Of a DNA stretch of 64,000 nucleotides, positions 52,327-61,692 are shown piece after piece. Position 1 is the stretch's first letter, and each line of letters opens with the position of its first letter. Both the position numbers and the translations under genes were made by a program. The DNA is from Myxococcota bacterium. Its GTDB lineage: Bacteria; Myxococcota_A; UBA9042. The DNA lies in assembly GCA_964201005.1 (NCBI GenBank), contig CAXNCS010000002.1, positions 78,773 to 142,772 of the forward strand, in the 5' to 3' direction. Below the pieces are notes generated by a model. That model had not been told where the DNA came from and made no database searches. It worked only from the letters and a program-made list of their open reading frames with translations.

Positions 52327-54669
52327 TCACCCGCGGACGCGCTCGACCTTGGACACGCCCCGCAACCGCGACAGATCGGCGATCACTTTGTTGAGCTGGC
52401 GCACATCCACCACATGGACCACAAAGTCGTTGATCGCCCTGCGTCCATCGATCACCCGACAATTGGCCGACTGGATGTCGATGCCGCTCTCCGCGAACCT
52501 CTGAGACATGGCCGCCAGCAACCCCGCGGCATTCTCCGTATATACGCGGATCGTCGCCATGGCGGTGTTGCCGTTTTGGTTGTTCCAGTCGCACTCAATG
52601 CGCCGCAGCGGGTCGGCGTCCAGCACCTTGGAGCAGCCGCGCTGGTGCACGGTAATGCCGCGGCCGCGTGTGACCACGCCGATCACCTGATCGCCCGGCA
52701 CCGGCGCACAGCACTTGCCAAACCGCACCATGACGTCGTCTTCACCCCCCACGATGATCGACGCCGCCTCCTTTTTGGGCTTGCGTTTGCGCTTGGAGTC
52801 CTCAACGACCGGCTTGGGCTCAGCCGGCGTGGCATCCGGAAACAGCTGTTTGACGACCTTCTCCGGCTCGACCTTGCCAAAACCCACGGCGACAGCCAGA
52901 TCGTCCCACAGCGACACGCCAAACCAGGCGAGCACCTCGGGCATCCGCTCGTGTTCCTGGGCGCGGTGCAGGCTGCACTTGACGCGGCGAAAGGCCTTTT
53001 CCAGCACGTCCAGGCCGACTTCCAGGGCACGAGTCCGCTGCTCAGCGTGAACAAACGCGCGGATCTTGTTCTTGGCCCGCGCGGTTGAGACAAACTCCAG
53101 CCAGTCCTGATTGGGCTTGGCGTCCGCGCGCGTCAAGATATCGACAATATTGCCGTTGCGCAGGGGATAGCGCAGCGGCACCATCACCCCGTCTACCTTG
53201 GCACCCACGCAGCGATCGCCGACTTTGGTGTGAATCGCATAGGCAAAATCCACAGGCGTCGCCCCGCGCGGCAGCACCTTGACGTCGCCCTTGGGGGTAA
53301 AGGTGTAGACCTCGTCGTTGAACAGGTCGACCTTCATCGTGTCCAGGAACTCGTCAGAATCCTTAACGCCCGTGTGCCATTCCAGCAGCTGCTTGAGCCA
53401 GGTAAAGCGCTCCTCATCGCGCAGAGAGATGGACTCGCCGCGCTCCTTGTAGCGCCAGTGGGCCGACACGCCTTCTTCCGCAAGCCGGTGCATTTCCTGA
53501 GTGCGAATCTGCACTTCAATGCGCTCTGTGTGCGGACCAATCACCGACGTGTGCAGCGACTGATAGCGATTTGCCTTGGGCAGCGCGATATAGTCCTTGA
53601 ACCGCCCGGGAATCGGCTTGTAGCGCGAGTGCACGGCGCCCAGGGCCTGGTAGCACTCCTTGACATCGTCAACCAGCACGCGAAACCCTTGAACATCATA
53701 GATCTGTTCGTAGGGGATCTTGCCGTTCTCCATCTTGCGCCAGATGCCAAACAGGTGCTTGGGCCGGCCGTACACCGTCGCATGGCCCAGGCCCTCGCGC
53801 TCCATCAGCTCGCGCAACTCCTGCACCACTTCATTGACGTAGGTCTGCCGCTCGCTCTGGCGCAGGCCGATCTGCCGGGCCAGGCCACTGTACTCCTCTT
53901 GGTAAAGATGGCGGAAACACAGGTCTTCTAGCTGCGCCTTCATCCAGCCAATGCCCAGGCGGTTGGCCAGCGGCGCGTAAATCTCGATGGTCTCTTGGGC
54001 AATGCGCTTTTGGCTGTCCGGCTTCATGTGCTGAAGCGTGGTCATGTTGTGCAGGCGGTCGGCCAGCTTGATCAGCAACACCCGGATGTCCTTGGACATC
54101 GCCACGAGCATTTTGCGAAAATTCTCAGCCTGTTTGTGCTGCTGGCTGGAGAACTTGATCTGATCGAGCTTGGTGACCCCGTCAACGATCTGACCGATCT
54201 CCGGGCTGAAGCGCCGGCTAATTTCCTCAATCGAAACGTGGGTATCTTCGGCCACGTCGTGCAGCAGCCCAGAGCAGATGCTGGCCGAATCCAGGCGCAA
54301 CCGCGTCAGCAGCAGCGCCACCGCCACGGGATGGGCAAAATACGGCTCGCCGCTCTTGCGCACCTGGCCCATGTGGCTGCGGGCGGCAAAGGAATAAGCC
54401 CGCTTGACCATGACAAAATCGGCATCCGGCAGGTAGCTGCGCAGGGTCGCCACCAGCTCATCTGCGGTCGGCACGCCATCGATGACCAGGGGCTCGTACA
54501 GCGGATCGTCGACGGCATAACTGGCCGGCAAAGGCTGCGCCTTGGTGCGCGCTTTCTCCACGACAGGCGGCACAATAGCGGGCAGCACAGCAGCGGGCGG
54601 CACAGGCACGGGCGCCAAAGCGGGCGCTGGAGCGGGCTGACCTTGGTGGGAATCACTGCCCTGGGTCAT
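52327..54669 (-). CDS. rel: Bifunctional (p)ppGpp synthetase/hydrolase (RelA/SpoT family)
   Basis: Trimmed to ATG 54669. It has the HD hydrolase motif (HPVAVA...LLHDVAEDT), a synthetase block (RPKHLFGIWRKM...YDVQGFRVLV) and TGS and ACT regions. It also has a ~70-aa Pro/Ala-rich N-extension. Confidence 0.93.
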   Translation of the reverse strand: MTQGSDSHQGQPAPAPALAPVPVPPAAVLPAIVPPVVEKARTKAQPLPASYAVDDPLYEPLVIDGVPTADELVATLRSYLPDADFVMVKRAYSFAARSHMGQVRKSGEPYFAHPVAVALLLTRLRLDSASICSGLLHDVAEDTHVSIEEISRRFSPEIGQIVDGVTKLDQIKFSSQQHKQAENFRKMLVAMSKDIRVLLIKLADRLHNMTTLQHMKPDSQKRIAQETIEIYAPLANRLGIGWMKAQLEDLCFRHLYQEEYSGLARQIGLRQSERQTYVNEVVQELRELMEREGLGHATVYGRPKHLFGIWRKMENGKIPYEQIYDVQGFRVLVDDVKECYQALGAVHSRYKPIPGRFKDYIALPKANRYQSLHTSVIGPHTERIEVQIRTQEMHRLAEEGVSAHWRYKERGESISLRDEERFTWLKQLLEWHTGVKDSDEFLDTMKVDLFNDEVYTFTPKGDVKVLPRGATPVDFAYAIHTKVGDRCVGAKVDGVMVPLRYPLRNGNIVDILTRADAKPNQDWLEFVSTARAKNKIRAFVHAEQRTRALEVGLDVLEKAFRRVKCSLHRAQEHERMPEVLAWFGVSLWDDLAVAVGFGKVEPEKVVKQLFPDATPAEPKPVVEDSKRKRKPKKEAASIIVGGEDDVMVRFGKCCAPVPGDQVIGVVTRGRGITVHQRGCSKVLDADPLRRIECDWNNQNGNTAMATIRVYTENAAGLLAAMSQRFAESGIDIQSANCRVIDGRRAINDFVVHVVDVRQLNKVIADLSRLRGVSKVERVRG

Positions 54670-55005
54670 GGGTTTACTGCCTCCGGGACGGGGCGAAATG
54701 CGCAAAGGAGCTCATCAACACGCGGCACAAGCGCTTGAAGTCGGCCGCGCTGGAGCGGCAACGCAACCGCGAACGCCCGGCGATCAGCTTGCATGCGATC
54801 GCCGCTACTGTCACCATTTTCGCCGTTCGAATGGCTACCGCCCCCATCCCTGGGGACAACTTCTTCAGTGTAGCGCATCCTCGGACGGTGTGCGCGCGTC
54901 CTACCTTCCCGAGCGACACGATCGCTCTGCTCTTGGGCGGCGCTGATGCCGCGGCCTCCGAGCCCTCTGAACGTTCCCTGACCTCGTCCGATTGGAGCCT
55001 TGCCC

Positions 55006-55653
55006 ATGTTGACTGAACGCCTGTCCGTACTCTTTGACCAAGTTGGCGCCGAGTGGGTGCTGTGGCTGCTCTTGGGGCTTGCCGTGGTGTCGATCGCCCT
55101 GGCCATCGAGCGGATCTTGTTCCTGTGGCAGAACCAGGTGCCGGTAGCGACCCTGCAGATCGATCTGCTCAAGGCGCTGGACAAAGGCCAAGCTGAGGCT
55201 CTGCAAGTGCTTTCTCGCTACAAAGGCATGGAAGCCGTGGTGGCAGCGGCGGGCGTGCGGGAAATGCACCGCGGCGTCGAGGCCGTCACGGAAGTCATGG
55301 CGGCGACCATGGCCACAGAGAAGAAGCGCTACGAGAAGTATCTGATCTTCCTGAGCTCCTTGGGTGCCAACGCGCCGTTCATCGGTCTGCTGGGCACGGT
55401 GATCGGCATCTTGGGGGCCTTTGCCGCCCTCAAGCAGCAGGTGGGCGCTGGCGGTTCGCGGCAGGCGCTGATCATGGGCTCGATTTCTGAGGCGTTGGTG
55501 GCCACCGCCGTGGGTCTGTTTGTGGCGATTCCCTCTGTGGTTTCCTACAACACCTTCCGCACCCGGGTAAAACGCGCCACCACGGACACGGAAGCGCTCT
55601 CGGCCATCGTTCTGGCGCACCTGCACACCATCGAACACGAGAAAAACAAGTAA
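55006..55653 (+). CDS. MotA/TolQ/ExbB proton-channel protein
   Basis: ATG 55006 sits 8 nt after GGAG. It has three TM segments and the LGANAPFIGLLGTVIGI...SEALVATAVGLFVAIP signature. Confidence 0.88.
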   Translation: MLTERLSVLFDQVGAEWVLWLLLGLAVVSIALAIERILFLWQNQVPVATLQIDLLKALDKGQAEALQVLSRYKGMEAVVAAAGVREMHRGVEAVTEVMAATMATEKKRYEKYLIFLSSLGANAPFIGLLGTVIGILGAFAALKQQVGAGGSRQALIMGSISEALVATAVGLFVAIPSVVSYNTFRTRVKRATTDTEALSAIVLAHLHTIEHEKNK

Positions 55654-55688
55654 AACTAGCCAATTAGCCCCAGAAACGGGAGGCCCGC

Positions 55689-56114
55689 ATGGCCGGCAAA
55701 GTCAGTGACGACGACGACGTCCTCTCAGAGATCAATGTAACGCCGCTGGTAGATATCATGCTGGTGTTGCTGATCATTTTCATGCTCACCAATGAAGAAG
55801 TCAGCGAAAAGATGAAGAAGGCCCAGATCGACATCGACCTGCCCAAGGCGGCGTCGGCCGAGATGAAGCCGAGCAAGCCGCTGTCGATCGTGATCTCCAA
55901 GGACGGCAAGCTGTTTCTCAACGGCACGCCGCTCAGCGAGGCCGAGCTCAGCACGGAGGCCAAGAAGGCCGCGGCGGAGAATCCGGGCGTCGAGGCGATT
56001 CTTTCGGCCGACAAGCGCGTGAGCCACGGTGAGGTCGTGCGGATCATCGATCAGGTGCGCCAGGCCAACGTGGAGAAGGTCGCGATTAACACCAAAGAGC
56101 AAGAGATCGAGTAG
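55689..56114 (+). CDS. ExbD/TolR biopolymer transport protein
   Basis: INVTPLVDIMLVLLIIFM N-terminal TM and ExbD-fold periplasmic domain. A GGGAGG Shine-Dalgarno is present. Confidence 0.88.
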   Translation: MAGKVSDDDDVLSEINVTPLVDIMLVLLIIFMLTNEEVSEKMKKAQIDIDLPKAASAEMKPSKPLSIVISKDGKLFLNGTPLSEAELSTEAKKAAAENPGVEAILSADKRVSHGEVVRIIDQVRQANVEKVAINTKEQEIE

Positions 56115-56123
56115 GTCAACCAC

Positions 56124-56939
56124 GTGGATCGCAACCTCACCATTGGCATTACTGCCTCCTTGCTGATCCACGCCGTGGTCGCCCTTTGGGTGCGCGATAT
56201 GGAGACGCAGCCGCGCATCGTCGAACCACCTGAAAAGAAAGCGGTGCGCACGGTGCAGGAGCAGATCATTCTGCCCAAGCCCAAGCCCAAGCCGCCCGAG
56301 GAGAAGCCCCCAGAGGTCAAGCCGCCTGAGACTGCCCCGACCCCAACGCCGCAGCAGGAGGCCAAGCCGCAGGCCGCGCCCAAGCGCACACCGCAGCCCA
56401 AGAGCGACCAGCCCGCGCCCAAGACGCCGCCGCCGCCGAGCAATGAACCGCCGCCGCTGGTGCTGTCTAAGACCTATGGCGGAGGCGGTGATGACGGCGT
56501 GGCCGTGCAGAGCGGCAAGGAAGATGTGCTTGGCGATCCAGGGATTGAAGCCAATGAGGAGAATGTGCGCCGGCGGCCCCAGCCGGAGGTGACGAGCGAT
56601 CAGGGCGGCCAAGGCAGCGACAGCCAAGGGGATACCCAGCCCAAAGAGCCGCGCAAGATTGAGATTCTCCAGGCGCGCCCGCGGGAGTCCTGCGACAAGT
56701 TCATTCAATGGCCGGACGGCGCCGAGTCGGGCGGGCGGGTGATTGAGGTCACGCTCCAGCTGGAGATCGGCGACGACGGCGACATCCGCAAGGTCAAGAT
56801 TCTGCGCGGCGCGGGCGAACCGTTTGACAGCGAGGCGATGCGCGACATTCGCCGCTGCCCGTTCTCTGCCGGCAGCCGCGACGGCAAGCCCACCAGCAGC
56901 AAGATCGCCTTTGTGGTAGTCTTTAAGCCGCGATCGTAG
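56124..56939 (+). CDS. TonB/TolA-like energy transducer (Pro/Lys-rich spacer + TonB_C-like domain)
   Basis: An N-terminal TM is followed by PKPKPKPPEEKPPEVKPPE... spacer. The C-terminal ~80 aa have a TonB_C pattern (GRVIEVTLQLEIGDDGDIRKVKILRGAGEPFDSEAMRDI...). The start is GTG. Confidence 0.7.
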   Translation: MDRNLTIGITASLLIHAVVALWVRDMETQPRIVEPPEKKAVRTVQEQIILPKPKPKPPEEKPPEVKPPETAPTPTPQQEAKPQAAPKRTPQPKSDQPAPKTPPPPSNEPPPLVLSKTYGGGGDDGVAVQSGKEDVLGDPGIEANEENVRRRPQPEVTSDQGGQGSDSQGDTQPKEPRKIEILQARPRESCDKFIQWPDGAESGGRVIEVTLQLEIGDDGDIRKVKILRGAGEPFDSEAMRDIRRCPFSAGSRDGKPTSSKIAFVVVFKPRS

Positions 56940-56945
56940 GAAGCG

Positions 56946-58238
56946 ATGAGGATGTCTATGCGCAACAACACCTTGGCCCGGACGACTCGGTGGACTCCTG
57001 TCGCGGTCGTGGCCCTGGCGATGGTCCTGGGCGGCTGTGGGGAGGATTTTACCCCTCAGTCTGTCGTCAATAAGATCCGGGTGTTGGGCGTGCGCGCCTC
57101 GCCTCCAGAGCTGCAGTTTGCCGGGGACACCCAGCTGGAGCCGCTCGTGGCCGGCTTTGAAGCTAACGCCAAGCTCTGCTACGCCTGGGCTTACTGCCCC
57201 TTTGCGTGGTCCAAAGACGGCAACTTCAAGTGCATCGATCCGGAGTTGCAGATCGACCTGGGCCAAGACCCTAGCGCCACGGTCAACTTGGGTCACGTGT
57301 TCGCTTCGCTGCAGAACGCCGGAAAAGTCTTTGACAAACTTGGGCTCAACCCGCCCGCCGGCACCAGCACGGCCAATGTCCAGGCCGACCTGAGCTGCAG
57401 CCCCAGCGGCAAAGCGCCCGGCGGCCCCGGCGGCGTGGGCTTCTCCAGCGCCGGAGATCTGCCTGAAAGCTATGTGCTTTTCCAGATCACTGAGGCATCG
57501 GTCTACGGCGGCACCTGCCCGACCACCTCCGCGGCCGCGCTGGCCAAGCCGTGCACCGATCGCGATCGCTGCATTGCCGGCTTCAAGCGCCTAGGCCTTG
57601 CGCCTATGCCCAGCACCTGCGGGGCGTTTGACCCGGTGGCCGAGCCCGGTTGCGCCAAGGAGGCGGCCCTGTGCCCCAACTCGCTGGTCTGCGGCTGCGA
57701 CGGCAAGAACTACAACAACGACTGCGCCCGCGTCGCCGCCAAGGTGGCCAAGGCCTATGACGGCGAGTGCCGCAGCGCCAACCTGTCTCCCAGCGCCCCC
57801 GGAATCGGCTTGCGTTTGCCGGCCATTGACGGCACCGCCGCCGCCAAGGGCATCGATTGGCCCGCGGACGCCACCCCGGTCATCGCGGAAGGGTCGGCGA
57901 TTCAGCTCTGGCCGCGGTTCCTGGCCTCGGACAAGCAGGTGATCGGCCCGTCGACCGATCCGTCCAACCCCAAGCCGGTGGTAGAAGAGCTGGTCTATTC
58001 GTGGTTTACCGACTCCGGGCGCTTTGAGAAGCTCAAGACCGTCGATGAATTCCCAGAGAATACCTTTACCGCCCCGACCTTGGCCTCCAACCAGAGCGAG
58101 GCGCTCGTGCCGCTGTGGCTGGTGGTGCGCGATGGCCGCAACGGCACGGAGTGGACCAAGAGGCAAATGATCGTCAAGAAGGGCGTCAAGATGGCCAAGA
58201 ATCCGCTCTGCGCGCTCGGCGTTTCGGGCTGCCCGTAG
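56946..58238 (+). CDS. 430-aa lipoprotein with an embedded Kazal-type domain
   Basis: The lipobox is MVLGGC. A Kazal-like core CPNSLVCGCDGKNYNNDCARVAAKVAKAYDGEC lies at about nt 57660-57770. I do not recognise the rest. Confidence 0.7.
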   Translation: MRMSMRNNTLARTTRWTPVAVVALAMVLGGCGEDFTPQSVVNKIRVLGVRASPPELQFAGDTQLEPLVAGFEANAKLCYAWAYCPFAWSKDGNFKCIDPELQIDLGQDPSATVNLGHVFASLQNAGKVFDKLGLNPPAGTSTANVQADLSCSPSGKAPGGPGGVGFSSAGDLPESYVLFQITEASVYGGTCPTTSAAALAKPCTDRDRCIAGFKRLGLAPMPSTCGAFDPVAEPGCAKEAALCPNSLVCGCDGKNYNNDCARVAAKVAKAYDGECRSANLSPSAPGIGLRLPAIDGTAAAKGIDWPADATPVIAEGSAIQLWPRFLASDKQVIGPSTDPSNPKPVVEELVYSWFTDSGRFEKLKTVDEFPENTFTAPTLASNQSEALVPLWLVVRDGRNGTEWTKRQMIVKKGVKMAKNPLCALGVSGCP

Positions 58239-58273
58239 CGTCTGACATCCAAGAGTCTCGCAGCTGCTATCGC

Positions 58274-58303
58274 TGAGACCGCGGTGAGACCGACCTGAGA
58301 GCG
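58274..58303 (+). promoter_or_regulatory. Three 8-bp direct repeats TGAGA(C/G)CG phased exactly 11 bp apart (candidate enhancer/UAS)
   Basis: TGAGACCG starts at 58274 and at 58285, and TGAGAGCG at 58296. The block lies 63-92 nt upstream of the sigma-54 -24 element. Confidence 0.4.
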
Positions 58304-58365
58304 AATTCGCCGGGCAATGCGCCAGCAACCGCCTGTAGTTGCTAACATTCCTCGCCAACCTGCGC

Positions 58366-58381
58366 TGGCACGGCCCTTGCA
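58366..58381 (+). promoter_or_regulatory. Sigma-54 (RpoN) promoter, -24/-12 elements
   Basis: TGGCACGGCCCTTGCA matches the consensus TGGCACG-N4-TTGCW at every specified position. It lies 41 nt upstream of GTG 58422 and before a GGGAGGGAGG Shine-Dalgarno. Confidence 0.7.
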
Positions 58382-58421
58382 CCTACGCCGGCCATCCCTG
58401 CTGGTGCGGGAGGGAGGCGGC

Positions 58422-59012
58422 GTGAAATTCCCAATGCTTTGGACGGTGGGCGCAATTCTCTGGCTGTGCGGGGCGAGCGCCCAAGCTGTGGAGCCACCGC
58501 GGCCGCGGCCCTGTGCGATGCCCGAGCTAAATGGCGACGAAGTCTTGCAGGCGCTTCGGCAATTGTCCAAACCTATGGCGCTGTTGCCTGCGACACCTTC
58601 GCGCTGGACCGCGTTGGTTCCTCAGCAGGTGGGCCTGACGCTGCACGACGGCGAGCGCGCGAGTCTGGGGTGGACCGAGACCTTGACGGGCAGCACCGAT
58701 CGCTGGACCCAGTACGCCGCGTGGGGCGTGTCCGTGCGCTTCTCTTGGGAGCTCAAGGAGTTATTCCGCCCTGCCCCGTCGGTTGTGCAGCCGACACCGG
58801 AGCAACGGCTCCAATGGGCACTGCACACGGAGTCGCTGGCGCAGCGCTTGGGCCAGTCCCTGCGGCAGCTGCGCAAAGCCCAGGCGCTGGCGGCGACCAC
58901 GGTGCTCGGGGATCCCCTTTGCAGCGAGGCCCAGGCGGACGCAGAAGCCGCGCTGCTGGTGCTGATCGCCGTGCAGTCCACAGCCCGTTCGCCGAGCGTG
59001 GTGGGCCGTTGA
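58422..59012 (+). CDS. Hypothetical secreted protein (~196 aa)
   Basis: GTG 58422 sits 4 nt after GGGAGGGAGG; the alternative is ATG 58434. It has a signal peptide (ILWLCGASAQA). I recognise no family. Confidence 0.55.
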   Translation: MKFPMLWTVGAILWLCGASAQAVEPPRPRPCAMPELNGDEVLQALRQLSKPMALLPATPSRWTALVPQQVGLTLHDGERASLGWTETLTGSTDRWTQYAAWGVSVRFSWELKELFRPAPSVVQPTPEQRLQWALHTESLAQRLGQSLRQLRKAQALAATTVLGDPLCSEAQADAEAALLVLIAVQSTARSPSVVGR

Positions 59013-59027
59013 CCGCAGCCCAAGGAC

Positions 59028-60104
59028 TTACAGCGACTGCTGATCCTGGGCAAGCAGCGCTGCGCGCTCGTGGGCCAAAAGCGCCTGCACCACGTCGCCT
59101 AGATTGCCCTGCATGACCTGATCCAGGTTGTACAAGGTCAGGCCAACACGGTGATCCGTCAGGCGATTCTGTGGAAAGTTATAGGTGCGGATGCGCTCTG
59201 AGCGATCGCCGGAACCGACCTGCTCTTTGCGATTGGCGGCCTGAACGTCGTGGATCTGCTGCTGCTGGGCGTCAAATAGCTTGGCGCGCAACTGCATCAT
59301 GGCGCGGGCTTTGTTCTTGAGCTGGCTGCGCTCGTCCTGGCACTGCACGACCACGCCGGTGGGCAAGTGCGTGATGCGCACAGCAGAATCGGTCCGATTA
59401 ACGTGCTGGCCACCGGCGCCACCGGCGCGATAGGTGTCGATGCGGAGGTCGCCGTCGCGGATGTCCACTTCTACGTCATCGACCTCCGGCAGCACCGCCA
59501 CCGTGCACGCCGAAGTGTGGATGCGCCCTTGCGATTCGGTCGACGGAATTCGCTGGACCCGGTGGGTGCCGGACTCGTGCTTGAACAGGGCAAAGGCCTT
59601 CACCCCTTGAATGAAGATGACGACTTCCTTGAACCCGCCGATCTCGGTGTCGTTGGCCGACATCACCTCGACCTTGAGGCCGCGCGTCTCGGCAAATCGC
59701 GTGTACATCCGCAGAAGATCGGCAGAAAACAGCCCAGCTTCGTCACCGCCGGTGCCCGCGCGGATTTCGACGATGCAGTTGTCGTCGTCGCGCGGATCGC
59801 GAGGCACCATGAGCTCGCGCAGCTCGCCGGCCACGGTGTCGCGCTCTTTGGCCAGCTGCTGCTGCTCTTCGCGGGCCATCTCCTTGAGATCGGGGTCGGT
59901 TTCCGCCGCCTCAAGCTCGCGGGCCTCCAACAACTGCTTCTCCAGCGACTGCCAGCGCCGATACGACTCGACCAGCGGCTCGATCTTGGCCCGCTCGCGC
60001 ATGAGCTTGACGGACTTCTCCGGATCCGCAGCAATTTCATTGGTGGCGAGCGCGTCCGACAGTTCGTCGTAGCGGTAGGTCAGCGGCAAGAGGCGGTCAA
60101 ACAT
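59028..60104 (-). CDS. prfA: Peptide chain release factor 1
   Basis: GGQ motif (AGGAGGQHVNRTDSAVRITHLPTG) and the RF1-type PST tripeptide (RIPSTESQGRIHTS). Confidence 0.95.
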   Translation of the reverse strand: MFDRLLPLTYRYDELSDALATNEIAADPEKSVKLMRERAKIEPLVESYRRWQSLEKQLLEARELEAAETDPDLKEMAREEQQQLAKERDTVAGELRELMVPRDPRDDDNCIVEIRAGTGGDEAGLFSADLLRMYTRFAETRGLKVEVMSANDTEIGGFKEVVIFIQGVKAFALFKHESGTHRVQRIPSTESQGRIHTSACTVAVLPEVDDVEVDIRDGDLRIDTYRAGGAGGQHVNRTDSAVRITHLPTGVVVQCQDERSQLKNKARAMMQLRAKLFDAQQQQIHDVQAANRKEQVGSGDRSERIRTYNFPQNRLTDHRVGLTLYNLDQVMQGNLGDVVQALLAHERAALLAQDQQSL

Positions 60105-60311
60105 GGTTCCCTAAGCGGAGCCCGCAGGCGGCGGGGGCCCGGTAGTATCAGTCAATTTTGCACAGAGGTCGATGCTTCTTCTCAGGCGCTGAGGTGTCGA
60201 AGGACTGCAGGAGGGACTCTGCGGTCAATTCGGCCCCAAGCCCATGGCTGTGCTGTGGAATCCCCACTGCCGGGTCTCACCGCGCGAACGACTCAGGTTG
60301 GGGAGTTGGCC

Positions 60312-61439
60312 CTAAGCCGCGAGCGCCACGGGCTGAAGCGGAGCGCTGGTGCCGGCGACAAAGTCGCTGTAATTGGCAAAGATCACCGGCTCCTGGTTGC
60401 CCTCTGGCAGAGGCTGGCCTTCGCCAATGGCCTTTTCGCGCCGCAGGGTCATCTGCAGGGCCACCAGGGCGATTTCAAGCTGGCTGTCGTCCGGCTCTTT
60501 GGTGGTGATCAGCTGCATCTTGAGACCGGGCCAGGTAAAGCCTTTGACGATCAGGTTATCCGGGTAGCGCGCGGACAGCCGGGTCATCTCATAGGCGATG
60601 CCGGCCACCGGAAACATCAGCGGCAGCTTTACAAACACGTAGGCCAGCTGGTTGAGCCATTTCTTGTCGCTGATCTCTGGCAGCAGAGGAAAGATCAGGG
60701 AAAACAGGATGATCGATGTCACCACGGTGATGAGCAGGAAGCTCGTGCCGCAGCGCGGGTGCAAGGTGGTGAACGTGCGGGCGTTGGGCACGGTCAGCGG
60801 CAGGCCCTTCTCATAGCAGTAGATGCTCTTGTGCTCGGCGCCGTGGTATTGAAATACCCTTTGGATATCTGGCATTCGCGAGATGAGCGCCATGTAGCCG
60901 ATGAGCACGGCGATCTTGACGAGCCCGTCCACCACCTGAAATCCCAGGTCTTTGCCCGAGGCGAGCGAGGCGTTGCCCAAGAGGTGGCCGGCCGCCCAAG
61001 TCAAGAAGTGGGGCAGCGCGGCGAACAGCGCAAAACCAAAGGCCACAGAGAAGGCGATGGTGCCGGCGATGGCCCACTGCGACATGCCCTCGCTCTCTGC
61101 CGGCTTGGCGGACGCAGCGGCGCCCCCAACCCCAGCCGCGCCGGCTTGCTTGGCGTCCTTGGCGGAATTCTCGGGTTCTTCTAGGAACTTGGACGCCTCA
61201 TCTGCGGAGAAGGTCAGGGCCTTGACGCCGTTGTGCATCGACTCAAACAGCACCACCGCGCCGCGGAGAAACGGCTTGCGCAGCCAGCGGGCCTTGTCCC
61301 AAATCGAGATCCAGCGGTCTTCTTTGACCACGATCTCGCCATTGGGCCGCCTTACGGCGATCGCCAGCGAGTGCGGCGAGCGCATCATCACGCCCTCCAA
61401 GATCGCTTGGCCGCCCACGCTCATCGGTCCTTCTGCCAT
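60312..61439 (-). CDS. DUF1385-family membrane protein
   Basis: GGQAILEGVMMRSPH... N-terminus and the HGAEHKSI motif typical of DUF1385. It sits upstream of prfA, as is common for this family, and carries an Ala/Gly/Lys-rich insert. Confidence 0.75.
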   Translation of the reverse strand: MAEGPMSVGGQAILEGVMMRSPHSLAIAVRRPNGEIVVKEDRWISIWDKARWLRKPFLRGAVVLFESMHNGVKALTFSADEASKFLEEPENSAKDAKQAGAAGVGGAAASAKPAESEGMSQWAIAGTIAFSVAFGFALFAALPHFLTWAAGHLLGNASLASGKDLGFQVVDGLVKIAVLIGYMALISRMPDIQRVFQYHGAEHKSIYCYEKGLPLTVPNARTFTTLHPRCGTSFLLITVVTSIILFSLIFPLLPEISDKKWLNQLAYVFVKLPLMFPVAGIAYEMTRLSARYPDNLIVKGFTWPGLKMQLITTKEPDDSQLEIALVALQMTLRREKAIGEGQPLPEGNQEPVIFANYSDFVAGTSAPLQPVALAA

Positions 61440-61692
61440 ACCTGTGCTCCGCTACGCGCTTTTTGCGGTCAAGACCGCCGGGTTTGGGCTGCGCACCCCA
61501 GCCAAAGAGGCCGCGGCGGAGCATAATGCGCCAGGATAGCGCTTTGTTCCGCCCGGCGCCATGATCATCGGCTCCAACTCCGGCCCGGCGATGCAGAACA
61601 CACCGCGCCACGCCGTGACAGAGAGAGAGCTCCGTGGCACCTTAGGCGGTCGTGGGCGCCCCTGACTGCCGCTTTGCGCCCCGGGAGACTCC

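Noticed and set aside
54822-54835. T-loop-like strings GCCGTTCGAATGGC (54822-54835) and GGGTTCAAGCCC (minus strand, about 35551-35566) that hinted at tRNA genes.
   Set aside because: A 5-bp T-stem, acceptor stem or anticodon arm cannot be built around either string. There is no cloverleaf.
60144-60172. Possible minus-strand promoter for prfA: TCGACC, 17 nt, GATACT, seen on the plus strand as AGTATC 60144-60149 and GGTCGA 60167-60172.
   Set aside because: Both hexamers match the consensus only partly, and prfA may be co-transcribed with the upstream DUF1385 gene. The evidence is too weak to list as a feature.
13026-61184. Other long shadow ORFs opposite clear genes: 13026..14429 +, 14551..15918 -, 25489..27309 -, 34096..35844 +, 37295..38740 +, 48091..49392 -, 51532..53088 +, 55725..57296 -, 59367..61184 +.
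   Set aside because: Each lies antisense to a gene with unambiguous family motifs (OPT, M18, DsbA, kinase, SecA, TolC, Rel, ExbD/TonB, RF1/DUF1385). Each has R/G/A/L/H-rich junk composition.
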